This document shows positions 42,788 to 52,459 of a DNA stretch of 64,000 nt, one piece after another. The notes beneath the pieces were generated by a model. The model was given only the letters and a program-made list of their open reading frames with translations, ran no database searches and was not told where the DNA came from. Within the stretch, counting starts at the first letter, position 1. Every line of letters starts with the position of its first letter. The translations under genes and the position numbers were made by a program. The stretch is taken from positions 455,701 to 519,700 of the forward strand of contig CAZXEE010000001.1 in NCBI GenBank assembly GCA_964639785.1. Reading direction: 5' to 3'. Origin of the DNA: an uncultured Gammaproteobacteria bacterium. GTDB taxonomy: Bacteria > Patescibacteriota > Patescibacteriia > Patescibacteriales > UBA12465.

Positions 42788-44302
42788 CTATTTTAGAACC
42801 TCAGACATATAATAATCAACCGGTGCAAAATCATCAGTAATCATCCGTTCATTTGGCTCAATCTTTCCAGTATATAGCCTTTTTAATAAAGAATTCATTT
42901 CTGGATCATTATTTTCAGCTATTTCCATCTTCTTTTCCGATTTTGAAGCTATCAGCATCAAATTCTGAGCTTTTCCTGGATCGTCCGGAGAATTAACTGA
43001 GAACACCATCGCTTGAGGGAAAATCGATTTGTACGCCATATATTCCGCTCGCAAGAATAAGCTTCTCTTTCCTTGGGCGGCCGAGATGATGTTGACCAGG
43101 ACTATCCCGTCATCATCCAAAGAATCATAGACTCTTTGGACTGCTTCCTGAGTAGCTAGTTGGGATGGGATGGATATGGAGTTAAAGGCATCCATCAGGA
43201 CGACATCATACTTTTTCTTATTCTGATTCAAAAACACCCGGCCATCTTCATGGATAATCTTCATTCGATTATCATCCTTGAGAGAAAAATATTGCCGGGC
43301 TAAATCAGTCAGCTTTGGATCGATTTCTACCACATCAATACTGGCTTCAGGATATTTTTTTAAATAATACTGCGGATAGATATAAGCTGCGCCGCCAATC
43401 ATCAGGGTTTCTTTGAATCCGGGATTAAAATATTCCATGAGGCGATAAAAATCGCCATATTCCGAGGCTAAATCATCACCATCCAAGTAAACGGTTGATT
43501 GCCTGCCAAAACGATCAGTGGAAAGATTCAGGGTTGGCCGGCCATTTTTAACATCAGTCCCTTTATAGATCATAACCTCATTATAAGGAGTGCTATAAGA
43601 AATGCTTCCGGCCCTGGCGTAATTCACGCCATCAAGCCAAGAACTCACAAAGATAGCCGAGATAAAAAAGATTAATATAAATAAACGATAAAAAAATTTT
43701 TCTGATATCAATAAGATTGATAACAATATTAATATTGCAGCTAGTAAAAAGATAATCCTGGTTACCCCCAACGATGGGATAATCCAGAAGCCGGCCAAGA
43801 AAGTTCCGACGATGCTGCCGGCAGTCGATAAGGCATAAAGATCGCCTACGGTCCGGCCGGAATCATTCAGATTTTCGATCTTCAAACGAACAGCATAAGG
43901 AGAAACTATTCCCAACAAGAAGCTAGGAATAGAAAATAGGATGAGGGCTGAAAATAAGGCCACCCAAGATAAATTATGAACCAGGCCTAAAAGCGACTCC
44001 ATCACAATCGTCTTGATAAAAGCCGGAATAACCACTCCGATTCCAGCCAAGAAGATAATCCAGCCCAAATTAGCCCTAGAGGCCGATTTGTCAGCTAAAC
44101 GACCGCCAACCCAGTATCCCAAGCTTAAACTAGCCAGGATAACTCCGATTAAGGCTGTCCAAACATAAATAGAAGTGCCCAGATAAGGAGCTATCAAGCG
44201 GGATCCAACCAATTCAAAAATCATAACCACTGCGCCACTGGTAAAAACCGTTATTCCTAATATGTATTTTGTTAGATTATTCTTTATTTGATTTTTTGTC
44301 AT
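42788..44302 (-). CDS. Fused polytopic membrane domain / spermidine-synthase-like methyltransferase-fold protein
   Basis: N-terminal half has about 7 TM segments. C-terminal half has TLMIGGAAY...DVVEIDP...YDVVLMDAF, like aminopropyltransferases. Confidence 0.75.
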   Translation of the reverse strand: MTKNQIKNNLTKYILGITVFTSGAVVMIFELVGSRLIAPYLGTSIYVWTALIGVILASLSLGYWVGGRLADKSASRANLGWIIFLAGIGVVIPAFIKTIVMESLLGLVHNLSWVALFSALILFSIPSFLLGIVSPYAVRLKIENLNDSGRTVGDLYALSTAGSIVGTFLAGFWIIPSLGVTRIIFLLAAILILLSILLISEKFFYRLFILIFFISAIFVSSWLDGVNYARAGSISYSTPYNEVMIYKGTDVKNGRPTLNLSTDRFGRQSTVYLDGDDLASEYGDFYRLMEYFNPGFKETLMIGGAAYIYPQYYLKKYPEASIDVVEIDPKLTDLARQYFSLKDDNRMKIIHEDGRVFLNQNKKKYDVVLMDAFNSISIPSQLATQEAVQRVYDSLDDDGIVLVNIISAAQGKRSLFLRAEYMAYKSIFPQAMVFSVNSPDDPGKAQNLMLIASKSEKKMEIAENNDPEMNSLLKRLYTGKIEPNERMITDDFAPVDYYMSEVLK

Positions 44303-45737
44303 AACAAGTTAGTAATGCAGCCAATATTATCCAGGTGATACCTAGGGGATGATTGGCATATGGAGTAAACATATTGGTCGTTATTAATGCTATTAAACTG
44401 GCAACCAAGGCGATATTAGCAGGCCAAGATTTTTTGATTATTAAAAACAATAGATATAGATAAGCTAACAAGCCGAATATTCCTAACTTCAGCCAGACAT
44501 CCAACCAGCCCCATTCAAAAGCATAAGTAGTATACATCTTGTCAGCTGTCGTCTCTATAATCCTAGGGTCGCTTGATTGATAAGTAACTACCGAGCCAAA
44601 ACCAGAACCCAAGATTGGATCTTCAGTCAACTTCTTTTCCAAGGCGCTCAGCAAAGCCCAACGGGAAGAAATTGCCGATTCATTCTGAGCCAGATTGGCC
44701 CGATCGGCGAATAACGATAAATTAAAGCTGCCGGATGTCGGCGGCCAAGGAAATTTGGCGACTATTAAAACTAAAGATAATGATAAAACTAGAAGGACTA
44801 AATATTTTAGAGCGCTAATCACCGCCTTCTTGATCCCCTCTTTTCTCCAAATGAATAAAAGCATCAGACCCAAAGAAACCAAGAGCGCCAGCCAAAAGCT
44901 TCGTGACATTGAAACTATTATCCCAGCCCAACAAAGCACCGGCAAGATCCATGATTTCCAACCTTTCTTCTCTTTTATCTCTAATAACAACCACGGAGAA
45001 ATCAGTAGCAAGAAGATGTGGGATTGGAAGAATATCCGGAAAAAACCACCGCTTGCCGGAGTGATCTCTCCAACTCCGCTCAAACGAATCCAACGATAGA
45101 TATCAGGTAAGATAGCCGGAATATTATGAGTAAAGAAATAGAATAAGACCAAGGTCTTAACTGAAAGCCAAAGCACGGAAAGAACCAATATCCGCCGCAA
45201 TCTCCCCCAGCTATCAACCCGATCCGAACTGGCGATGAAGACTTCATAAAAAGGCAGGATTAATAAGAAATATAGCCAGCCATTGAAATCAAAGAAAAGA
45301 TTAGAGAATCCATTGCCCCTAAGCAATCCGTTCACCAGACCAAAAATAACAAAAGCGGCTAAAATCATAAAAGCTTTCCCAATCGGAAACTTATCAGCCT
45401 TAGACCAAGGGAATTTCTTTTCTTTCAACCACCTGGAAATGAACGACACTAGCCAGACAGTCAGGACAATCAACCAAAGGATTATCCGGATTGAAATCTG
45501 GAGGCCTTGGAATTCCAAATAGAATAGATATCCTTTGGAGCCGATAAAAAGCTCAACCAACAGCAAAAGAACTCCATAATCCAAACGGTACAAAGATAGC
45601 GCCAATGCCACCAAAGCAATGATTAAAGCCGCGGCATTATTGAAAGCCGGAACATAGAAAGTAAGAAAAGAAAAAAGTTCAATCAGGATGATCAAGCCCA
45701 ATATCAATTTGCCGGAATTATTAAAGATTTTTTTCAT
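44277..45737 (-). CDS. O-antigen ligase / Wzy_C-family polytopic membrane protein
   Basis: 486 aa with about 12 TM segments. SMSRSFWLALLVSLG next to a large external loop is typical of the Wzy_C domain. Confidence 0.7.
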   Translation of the reverse strand: MKKIFNNSGKLILGLIILIELFSFLTFYVPAFNNAAALIIALVALALSLYRLDYGVLLLLVELFIGSKGYLFYLEFQGLQISIRIILWLIVLTVWLVSFISRWLKEKKFPWSKADKFPIGKAFMILAAFVIFGLVNGLLRGNGFSNLFFDFNGWLYFLLILPFYEVFIASSDRVDSWGRLRRILVLSVLWLSVKTLVLFYFFTHNIPAILPDIYRWIRLSGVGEITPASGGFFRIFFQSHIFLLLISPWLLLEIKEKKGWKSWILPVLCWAGIIVSMSRSFWLALLVSLGLMLLFIWRKEGIKKAVISALKYLVLLVLSLSLVLIVAKFPWPPTSGSFNLSLFADRANLAQNESAISSRWALLSALEKKLTEDPILGSGFGSVVTYQSSDPRIIETTADKMYTTYAFEWGWLDVWLKLGIFGLLAYLYLLFLIIKKSWPANIALVASLIALITTNMFTPYANHPLGITWIILAALLTCYDKKSNKE

Positions 45738-45741
45738 AATT

Positions 45742-46443
45742 TTAAACCAAGTTATGTTTAACCTTTACTATCTTCATAGCTTCGTTATATCTTTTAACGG
45801 CCGGTAGGAATGGGAATAGCTTGTAAGCCGCTGCCGGCAACCAGGAACTGATAGTACCACCAGGAGAAACTTTAAATAACACCTGATTTATCCATAAGCC
45901 GCCATGGCCCTGCTCTAACATCGTCAGCCACAAATCCCAGTCTTGTAATTTCTTGATGCTTTCATCCCAACCTACAGTCGGAAAATCATTTCTCCTGATA
46001 AGCGACATAGTATGGATATAGGGAGCTTGCCGTAACTTGTCAGCATCAAATGGACCTAGCTTGAAAAGCTTACTTCCCCACATAAAGGAAGAATAGACAT
46101 AACTAGACTCTGGATGGCTATTCAATTCATTCAACATCAATTCTAAGGCATTAGGAACTAAAACGGCATCAGCATCACAAAATAGCAAATACTGGCCGCG
46201 AGACTTGCGCCAGCCATTATTACGGGCAGCTGGAGCTCCTTGGTTAGCTTGATGGATAATAAAAAAAGTATTGTTAGACTTGGTCCGATTCAAGAATTTT
46301 TCTAAAACTTCATCCAGATTATCCCTTGAACCGTCATTGACGATTATCACTTCAAAATCCTGGTAGCTTTGATTAACTAAACTCTCTAATGTTTTAGTTA
46401 TCTTGTCGGCTTGATTGTAGACTGGAATGATGACAGAAATCAT
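45742..46443 (-). CDS. Family 2 glycosyltransferase
   Basis: ISVIIPVYNQ...VIIVNDGSRD...FCDADA (DxD) are GT2 hallmarks. Confidence 0.85.
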   Translation of the reverse strand: MISVIIPVYNQADKITKTLESLVNQSYQDFEVIIVNDGSRDNLDEVLEKFLNRTKSNNTFFIIHQANQGAPAARNNGWRKSRGQYLLFCDADAVLVPNALELMLNELNSHPESSYVYSSFMWGSKLFKLGPFDADKLRQAPYIHTMSLIRRNDFPTVGWDESIKKLQDWDLWLTMLEQGHGGLWINQVLFKVSPGGTISSWLPAAAYKLFPFLPAVKRYNEAMKIVKVKHNLV

Positions 46444-46446
46444 AAA

Positions 46447-47520
46447 TTAAGAATTAATAGCTAAATAAATCTTCTTAGCCTGGATTGCCCAGTTAAAATC
46501 AATCTTGGCTCTCAAACAGCCTTTTTGTCCTAAAGAATCTCTCAGGGCTGGATCATTCATCAATCTTTCCAGACCGGAAACTATATCATCCGATTCGACC
46601 AACAAGCCATTTTCTCCATCTGAAACCGCATCGGCTACGCCGCCGCTGTTGGTGGCTAAGACTGGCTTTCCAACCAGATTAGCTTCTAGATAAACGATGC
46701 CGAAACCTTCAAAATCTCCGGCAATATCCCTGGTAGCCATAACCAAGAAATCACTTAGATTAAGCCAGGCCCACTTCTCTTCTTCACTAACCGGACCGAC
46801 AAAAACCACCAAGTCATCCAAACCTCTCTGATGGCAGATATTTTTGAGATAGGTTTCGTCAGGACCTGTCCCAAGGACGACATAACGCCAATTTCCAATC
46901 TGACTTATATCCATAACGCTTAAGGCTTCCAGAACAGTATCCACCCCTTTTCTCTTTACTAATCTTCCGACGCTAAGCATTACTTTATTTCCGACCAAAC
47001 CATATCTTTTACGAAGACTCTCGATCATTTCTTCTTTAACAGGCAGAGCTTCGCCCACGCCTGGATTAACCACGATTATTTTTGAAGTTAGAGTCGGAGC
47101 AAAATCCTTCACCAATCTAGCCACATAACTATTACCGCAAATAATCTTCTGAGATCTTTTAAGCATCCTCTTGGTCAACCAACGTTTACGCGGAGTTGCC
47201 AAAGCCAAAGGCAGATCCATACCGTGTAAAAAAATGGAATAAGATTTTCTAAATAATAAGCTAAAAAAATAAACCACTGTTCCTAAAGGTAATATCTGCC
47301 CCACCAAGATATGAGAAATTCCTTTGTCCTTAACTATTTGGCGCAGATCTTTAAAGTACATCAAATACTGGAAAGGACTAGGAAGGTATTTCTTGAACAG
47401 AACCTCTAAACCATCGGCCTCCGGCCAATTCTTCTGCATATTGTCATAATAGTTGGCAACGCCTCCCTTGAAAGGCGGATATTCCATTGTAAACAATAAA
47501 GCTTTCATAGGATTATTCAA
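46447..47520 (-). CDS. GT-B glycosyltransferase (GT4-like)
   Basis: C-terminal EGFGIVYLEANLVGKPVLATNSGGVADAV is the E(x7)E region. Confidence 0.85.
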   Translation of the reverse strand: MNNPMKALLFTMEYPPFKGGVANYYDNMQKNWPEADGLEVLFKKYLPSPFQYLMYFKDLRQIVKDKGISHILVGQILPLGTVVYFFSLLFRKSYSIFLHGMDLPLALATPRKRWLTKRMLKRSQKIICGNSYVARLVKDFAPTLTSKIIVVNPGVGEALPVKEEMIESLRKRYGLVGNKVMLSVGRLVKRKGVDTVLEALSVMDISQIGNWRYVVLGTGPDETYLKNICHQRGLDDLVVFVGPVSEEEKWAWLNLSDFLVMATRDIAGDFEGFGIVYLEANLVGKPVLATNSGGVADAVSDGENGLLVESDDIVSGLERLMNDPALRDSLGQKGCLRAKIDFNWAIQAKKIYLAINS

Positions 47521-49060
47521 TATCTCCAGTAGTCTTTTCTTCGGATACGACTTCAGCCGCCCGATTAGACTTAGGTTTCTTAAATGATTTTATGATATAC
47601 AAAATATCAGCTTTCTTGAATCCACCCATTAAATAGATTAGAGAGAAGTAAACTATTATAGATATCAAGGTTATCACTATCACGTTAAGCATCGGCTTGA
47701 GCCAGAAGATAAAGACCGACATAAGGATTGAAGCTGACAAAGCCTTCAAAAAGACTACCATATTCTTCTTTGGACTATAATCAATGATCTTCTTGACCCA
47801 GACGATTCCCAATAAGAACATCAAGCCATTGGTCAATAAGACAGTAATGCTGGCACCAACAGTCTTGAACACTGGAATTAAAATCAGATTTAAACCGATA
47901 CTGGCCAAGGTCACAATGAGCATGTTGAGGGTATTCCTCCTTTGCCTGTCACAAGCATTGAGCAATGACCCGATTGGAAAATTAACGAAGATAAAGAATA
48001 AGGCAACAATCGTAATCTGCAATGGCAAGACAGCCTCGGCATAATTGCTCTTGAAAATCAAAACTATCTTGTCTGCCAACATTATTGTTCCGAAAATAAT
48101 CGGCAAAGAAATGATGATTAAATAATTCATCGCTCTTTCAAAAGCAATCTTGAGTTGCGGTCGATTGGACAGCCAGTAAGTACTCATTGCCGGATATAAA
48201 GAGGCTGTAAAGGCTAACGGCAGGAACTGTAAAGCAAAAATGATCTTGAAAGCTACTTGATAAAGACCGACATAATAGTCTCCTGCCATCAAAGATAAAA
48301 AGACGGAATCCAGATAAGTGTATAAGCGTTGGAAGATGGCAAAGAGTGCAAACGGCAGACTGACCTTGAAAATCGATCTGGTTAGTTCAGCATCATATAA
48401 TAGCTGTAATTTAATTCCGATCTTCCGACGCAAAACCCAGATGGAATAAAAAAAATTGTAAATACTGGCCAAAGCTAAAGTGCTCAAGATCAAACGCAAA
48501 TTAAGATTAAAATACATCGCCAATAAACCGAAGCTTAAGACAATCAATTGGAAAATGACAGAGGAAATGCTCTCATATTTGAGATTATGAAACCCCCTGA
48601 TAGTAGCGAAAAAGGTGGTAGTAAAGGAATCAAGCACCATGCAGATGATAGATATATAGACCAAATCTTTAGTCAATTGATCATGGTTGAACATGTTTAT
48701 AACTATCAGAACGGCAATAGTCGTTACAAACGTCAAAAGCACCTTAATGCTTAAGATATTACCTAATAATTTCCCAGCCGATTCTTGCTTCTTGGCCACT
48801 TCCCTGGTCAAGAAATTAATAAAGCCCAAGTCAATAAATATGGCGAAGATGGTAGTAAAAGATAAGGCAAAGTAGTATTTACCCAGATTCTCTGGTCCTA
48901 GATTTCGAGCTAAAAAAGCAAAATAAGTAAAAGAAATCACCTTTTGCATAATCAAGGCGATAGTCAGATAAGAAGTATTTTTAGCTATATTATTGATTTT
49001 AGTCATCTGGCTCTCATTATAACATAATATGCCATAAAATGTTAAGTAATTTTTCAACAA
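47513..49060 (-). CDS. Wzx-like oligosaccharide flippase (MOP superfamily)
   Basis: About 14 TM segments and a polysaccharide-biosynthesis-protein-like N-terminus (NIAKNTSYLTIALIMQKVISF). The likely true start is MTKINN at 49006. Confidence 0.8.
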   Translation of the reverse strand: MLKNYLTFYGILCYNESQMTKINNIAKNTSYLTIALIMQKVISFTYFAFLARNLGPENLGKYYFALSFTTIFAIFIDLGFINFLTREVAKKQESAGKLLGNILSIKVLLTFVTTIAVLIVINMFNHDQLTKDLVYISIICMVLDSFTTTFFATIRGFHNLKYESISSVIFQLIVLSFGLLAMYFNLNLRLILSTLALASIYNFFYSIWVLRRKIGIKLQLLYDAELTRSIFKVSLPFALFAIFQRLYTYLDSVFLSLMAGDYYVGLYQVAFKIIFALQFLPLAFTASLYPAMSTYWLSNRPQLKIAFERAMNYLIIISLPIIFGTIMLADKIVLIFKSNYAEAVLPLQITIVALFFIFVNFPIGSLLNACDRQRRNTLNMLIVTLASIGLNLILIPVFKTVGASITVLLTNGLMFLLGIVWVKKIIDYSPKKNMVVFLKALSASILMSVFIFWLKPMLNVIVITLISIIVYFSLIYLMGGFKKADILYIIKSFKKPKSNRAAEVVSEEKTTGDIE

Positions 49061-49144
49061 TAAAAATCAAAAAAAATCGATAAAATCCCCACAAAAACTA
49101 CTTTTTTTTCATTAAACCATTTTAAGAAAATTTTATCCCTCATA

Positions 49145-49153
49145 TGCTATACT
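49145..49153 (+). promoter_or_regulatory. Extended -10 element TGCTATACT upstream of the response regulator
   Basis: tgctatact ends 31 nt before the ATG at 49185. Confidence 0.4.
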
Positions 49154-49184
49154 ATTATCGATAATAATTAATAAAGATAAAAAT

Positions 49185-49859
49185 ATGCGCATTCTTCTAA
49201 TCGAGGATGAAAAAGATATTGCTGAATTCCTCAAAACTAGCTTAGAAATGGAATTTTATACTGTAGATATGGCCCATGACGGCGAACAAGGCTCTTTTTT
49301 GGCCAGAACTAACGAATATGACCTGATTATCTGCGATTATATCTTACCTAAACAGAACGGCCCGGAAGTAATAGCGGAAATCAGACAAGAAAACAAACAC
49401 GTACCAATAATCATTTTATCGGTAAAATCAGAAATTGACTCTAAAATTGAGCTTTTTAACCTGGGTGTTGATGATTATCTGACCAAACCTTTCCTTTTTG
49501 AAGAGCTTTTAGCCCATATTAAGGCTGTTCTCCGCCGCCCCTTAAAGCGAGAAGATCAAATATTGCGAATTGATGACTTAATGGTCGACACCGACAAGCA
49601 TCTGGTTAAACGAGGCCGCCAAGCCATCACCCTGACCAGAAAGGAATTATCATTATTAGAATACCTCCTGAAGAATCGCAGCCGCGTTATCAGTCGGGTG
49701 ACCATCATGGAGCATGTCTGGGATGCCAATGCTGATCCTTTCTCTAATACCATCGAATCTCATATAACCAATCTGAGACGGAAAATAAATTTGCCGGGCA
49801 AAAAAGAATTAATCCATACCATCTCCGGCCGAGGCTATAAAATTGACTTGAAGAAATAA
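49185..49859 (+). CDS. OmpR/PhoB-family response regulator (receiver plus winged helix)
   Basis: Acidic pocket EDE, phospho-acceptor context DLIICDYILP, KPF, and C-terminal LTRKELSLLEYLL...RGYK. Confidence 0.9.
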   Translation: MRILLIEDEKDIAEFLKTSLEMEFYTVDMAHDGEQGSFLARTNEYDLIICDYILPKQNGPEVIAEIRQENKHVPIIILSVKSEIDSKIELFNLGVDDYLTKPFLFEELLAHIKAVLRRPLKREDQILRIDDLMVDTDKHLVKRGRQAITLTRKELSLLEYLLKNRSRVISRVTIMEHVWDANADPFSNTIESHITNLRRKINLPGKKELIHTISGRGYKIDLKK

Positions 49860-49861
49860 AC

Positions 49862-49896
49862 AAAACGAGCGCTATAAGCGCTCGTTTTTTCTTTTT
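49862..49896. terminator. Bidirectional rho-independent terminator
   Basis: 11-bp stem aaaacgagcgc / gcgctcgtttt with loop tataa and a T-run, between convergent genes. Confidence 0.8.
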
Positions 49897-49910
49897 AAAA
49901 TGTTTAACAA

Positions 49911-50678
49911 TTATTTAATCCGATAGCTGACATTAATTTCGGTGATGATTTCTTGGTTGCCATTCGGCAAAGAAGAAACTGTCGTGCCACCGCCACCCAT
50001 ACCGCCCTTAGCATCATAGTAAGGACTGGAAATTCCAGGGGCTTGAATTAGATTTTCCCACCAACCGACAATATCACCCAAGCGGACACTAGCTGCACGA
50101 GCTAAAACATTAGCCTTGGTCCGAGCATCAGAGATAGCTTTAATCCTGGCCTGTTGTTTCAATTCTTCCAGATTAGAAACATCGTAACTGATTCCGACAA
50201 TCTGATTAGCCCCAGCTTTGGAAGCTGCTTCAACCACTTTACCAACTAAACTAGAGTCGTCCTTGACGTTTTCTACTTTTATCATCAGCTGCTCATTGGC
50301 ATTGTAACCGCCCAAAGTAGAAACATTGTTGACATAATCATACTGCGGCAGCAAGGAATAATTCTGAGTCTTAAGATTCTCCTCTTTAATTCCAACCATC
50401 TTCAAGGCGGCAATGACATTATTCATCTTGTCATTCAATTGCTTCAAAGCCTCATCGGCTTTAGCTACCTTGTCGATTTGGACACCAACGGTAATATTGG
50501 CAACGTTCGGCTGATAAGAAACCTTTCCCTGTCCGACTACAGTAACTTGGTATTGCGGCTGATTGACGATCCGATCGCGCAAGATGGCTAAAATAACGAT
50601 GCTGGCCAATAGAACCATCCCAGTGATTATTACTACTAGCTTTTGAACCTTGTGGTCACAAACTTTAGGTTTTTCCAT
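49911..50678 (-). CDS. SIMPL-domain (DUF541) envelope protein, copy 2
   Basis: TM anchor, then VTVVGQGKVSYQPNVA...ISDARTKANVLARAA. Same architecture as 18453-19175. Confidence 0.8.
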   Translation of the reverse strand: MEKPKVCDHKVQKLVVIITGMVLLASIVILAILRDRIVNQPQYQVTVVGQGKVSYQPNVANITVGVQIDKVAKADEALKQLNDKMNNVIAALKMVGIKEENLKTQNYSLLPQYDYVNNVSTLGGYNANEQLMIKVENVKDDSSLVGKVVEAASKAGANQIVGISYDVSNLEELKQQARIKAISDARTKANVLARAASVRLGDIVGWWENLIQAPGISSPYYDAKGGMGGGGTTVSSLPNGNQEIITEINVSYRIK

Positions 50679-50694
50679 AAGATTATAGTTAATT

Positions 50695-51171
50695 TTAATT
50701 AAAATAATAAGCGATTAGACGTCCCAGATAATGGCCCAATATCAGAACTACAATAGCAATCAAAAGATGTTCCCGGATAACCTCGCTCGGCTTTAATTTC
50801 TGTTCTCGCGCCAATTTATAACTGACATAGACCAACACCAACATTCCCCAAACGATTGATATCCAAAGAGCAATCTTAACACTAAACATCAGGAATGGAA
50901 TCAAGAAGCTTAAAGCAAAAATTAGCTTAGCCGAAAAGGTGGCAATGGTTGCCTGCCATATTTCCCGCGGCGTATGATGGTTTTCTGACTCCACGGAAAT
51001 ATGCATACCTAAAGCATCAGAAAAAGCATCAGCGATGGCAATAGTCAGGATGCCGCTAATGACCACCAGACGGGATCCGGTGCTGGAATCCAAACCCACT
51101 ATCAAGCCCAGGGTGGTGATAACCGCCGAAGTCAGACCGAAACTTAGACCTTTCTTTATTGATAGATTCAT
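50695..51171 (-). CDS. VIT1/CCC1-family small membrane protein (iron/manganese transporter-like)
   Basis: GLSFGLTSAVITTLGLIVGL...TIAIADAFSDALGMHISVESE matches the short prokaryotic VIT-family pattern as I recall it. Confidence 0.7.
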   Translation of the reverse strand: MNLSIKKGLSFGLTSAVITTLGLIVGLDSSTGSRLVVISGILTIAIADAFSDALGMHISVESENHHTPREIWQATIATFSAKLIFALSFLIPFLMFSVKIALWISIVWGMLVLVYVSYKLAREQKLKPSEVIREHLLIAIVVLILGHYLGRLIAYYFN

Positions 51172-51213
51172 ATATCATTATATTAACACAATTCAATTCT
51201 TTTGAAAAAAGGA

Positions 51214-51251
51214 TTTAGAAAAAAATAAAATAGCGATCAGTTGAATCGCTA
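51214..51251 (-). terminator. Rho-independent terminator after the 142-aa gene
   Basis: Stem atagcgat / atcgctat (51229-51251). The minus strand is followed by tttatttttttc. Confidence 0.7.
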
Positions 51252-51253
51252 TC

Positions 51254-51682
51254 TTATTTATGTTTGGACTTGTTAATTTTCTTAATTTTCCGATGGCGAT
51301 GGATATGGAGAGATTTGGATTTTTCCGTTACCGCCAAGATGGTCAAGACGGCGATATAGGAAGAGATGACTGAACTAGGTAGGCGATAACTCTTCTGTAG
51401 GATAAGATCCAGGGCAACGATGATCAAGATCAAGGCCGTCCAACCGATTACGAAAATTTCACCCGGATGCTGAGCTTGATGCTTATTATACCAACGCTCG
51501 AACTCCTTGTTGCCGACATAGACAGCCAAGACTCCGATATAGATGAACCCGAAAATTTCTAAAGCTTCAATGATAAAATTGTTATTGATGAAATCCCAAA
51601 TGATCAATATAAAATACATGCCGGACCAAAAATTTGTCAGGTACTGCCAGAAGTTAAATTTTTTCTTAGGCCACTCGAACAT
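51254..51682 (-). CDS. Hypothetical 4-TM membrane protein with a basic His/Lys-rich tail
   Basis: 142 aa, four hydrophobic segments, C-terminus HIHRHRKIKKINKSKHK. No recognisable family. Confidence 0.55.
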   Translation of the reverse strand: MFEWPKKKFNFWQYLTNFWSGMYFILIIWDFINNNFIIEALEIFGFIYIGVLAVYVGNKEFERWYNKHQAQHPGEIFVIGWTALILIIVALDLILQKSYRLPSSVISSYIAVLTILAVTEKSKSLHIHRHRKIKKINKSKHK

Positions 51683-51736
51683 ATAATTTTAATTAATCTA
51701 CTGAAGCTTTGTTAAATTATAGCATATTTAGCAAAA

Positions 51737-51766
51737 ATAAAAAACCGGGTTACCCCGGTTTTTTAT
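51737..51766 (-). terminator. Rho-independent terminator after the lipoprotein gene
   Basis: Stem aaaaccggg / cccggtttt with loop ttac, and flanking A/T runs. Confidence 0.75.
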
Positions 51767-51774
51767 AAAAAATC

Positions 51775-52434
51775 CTATTTGCAATTAGTCTTTTGGCATT
51801 CGCTTTTCTGGGAAGCATCAGGAATTTGGCTACAAATAGCGCATAAATCAATACCGCCGCTAGCAGCCGGAGTGGACACCTGTTTGATCATCGCATCCAT
51901 ATCAGTAAACTGGACGCCGCTAGGCAATTCAAACATGGAATTATCCACTTTCCAAGAACGGCATCTGAACTTTATCTCCTGATTAAGGTCTTGGGTCTGG
52001 CCCGGTTCAGAATCATTTTTCTCTTCAGTTATCTTCATCTTGAATCCGGCTTTGTCATTAAGGCTATTCCAAGTGTAAACATAAGTTCCATCACTGATAG
52101 TCTTGATTTGCATATTCTTCATCCCTTCTCCAACAGCAGTAATCTCAGCCTCGGTCCTGAATTTCTTATTTTTGCCATCGACATAAAAATCACCGGACTG
52201 TTTAGATTCTTTATCTTCAAAACTGAAAGTGCAATGCAAGGCCTTGCCACGACCCAACAGAGCTAAAGATGAGGCAGTGATTTCTTCTTCTCCATCGCCA
52301 GAATCTTCATTCTGGACAATGCCGTTATCATTAGCTGCCGGTTGGTTGTTGTTAGCGGTTTCTTCCTTGCCGCAACCGGAAAAAGCTAAAGCGCAGATCA
52401 TCAAGACTAGACAAAGATAATAATTTTTTTTCAT
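51775..52434 (-). CDS. Lipoprotein, function unknown
   Basis: Lipobox LAFSG|C after a hydrophobic signal. Cys-rich C-terminus (CAICSQ...CQKTNCK). Confidence 0.65.
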   Translation of the reverse strand: MKKNYYLCLVLMICALAFSGCGKEETANNNQPAANDNGIVQNEDSGDGEEEITASSLALLGRGKALHCTFSFEDKESKQSGDFYVDGKNKKFRTEAEITAVGEGMKNMQIKTISDGTYVYTWNSLNDKAGFKMKITEEKNDSEPGQTQDLNQEIKFRCRSWKVDNSMFELPSGVQFTDMDAMIKQVSTPAASGGIDLCAICSQIPDASQKSECQKTNCK

Positions 52435-52459
52435 AACTTTATTTTTAAATTATTAAATA

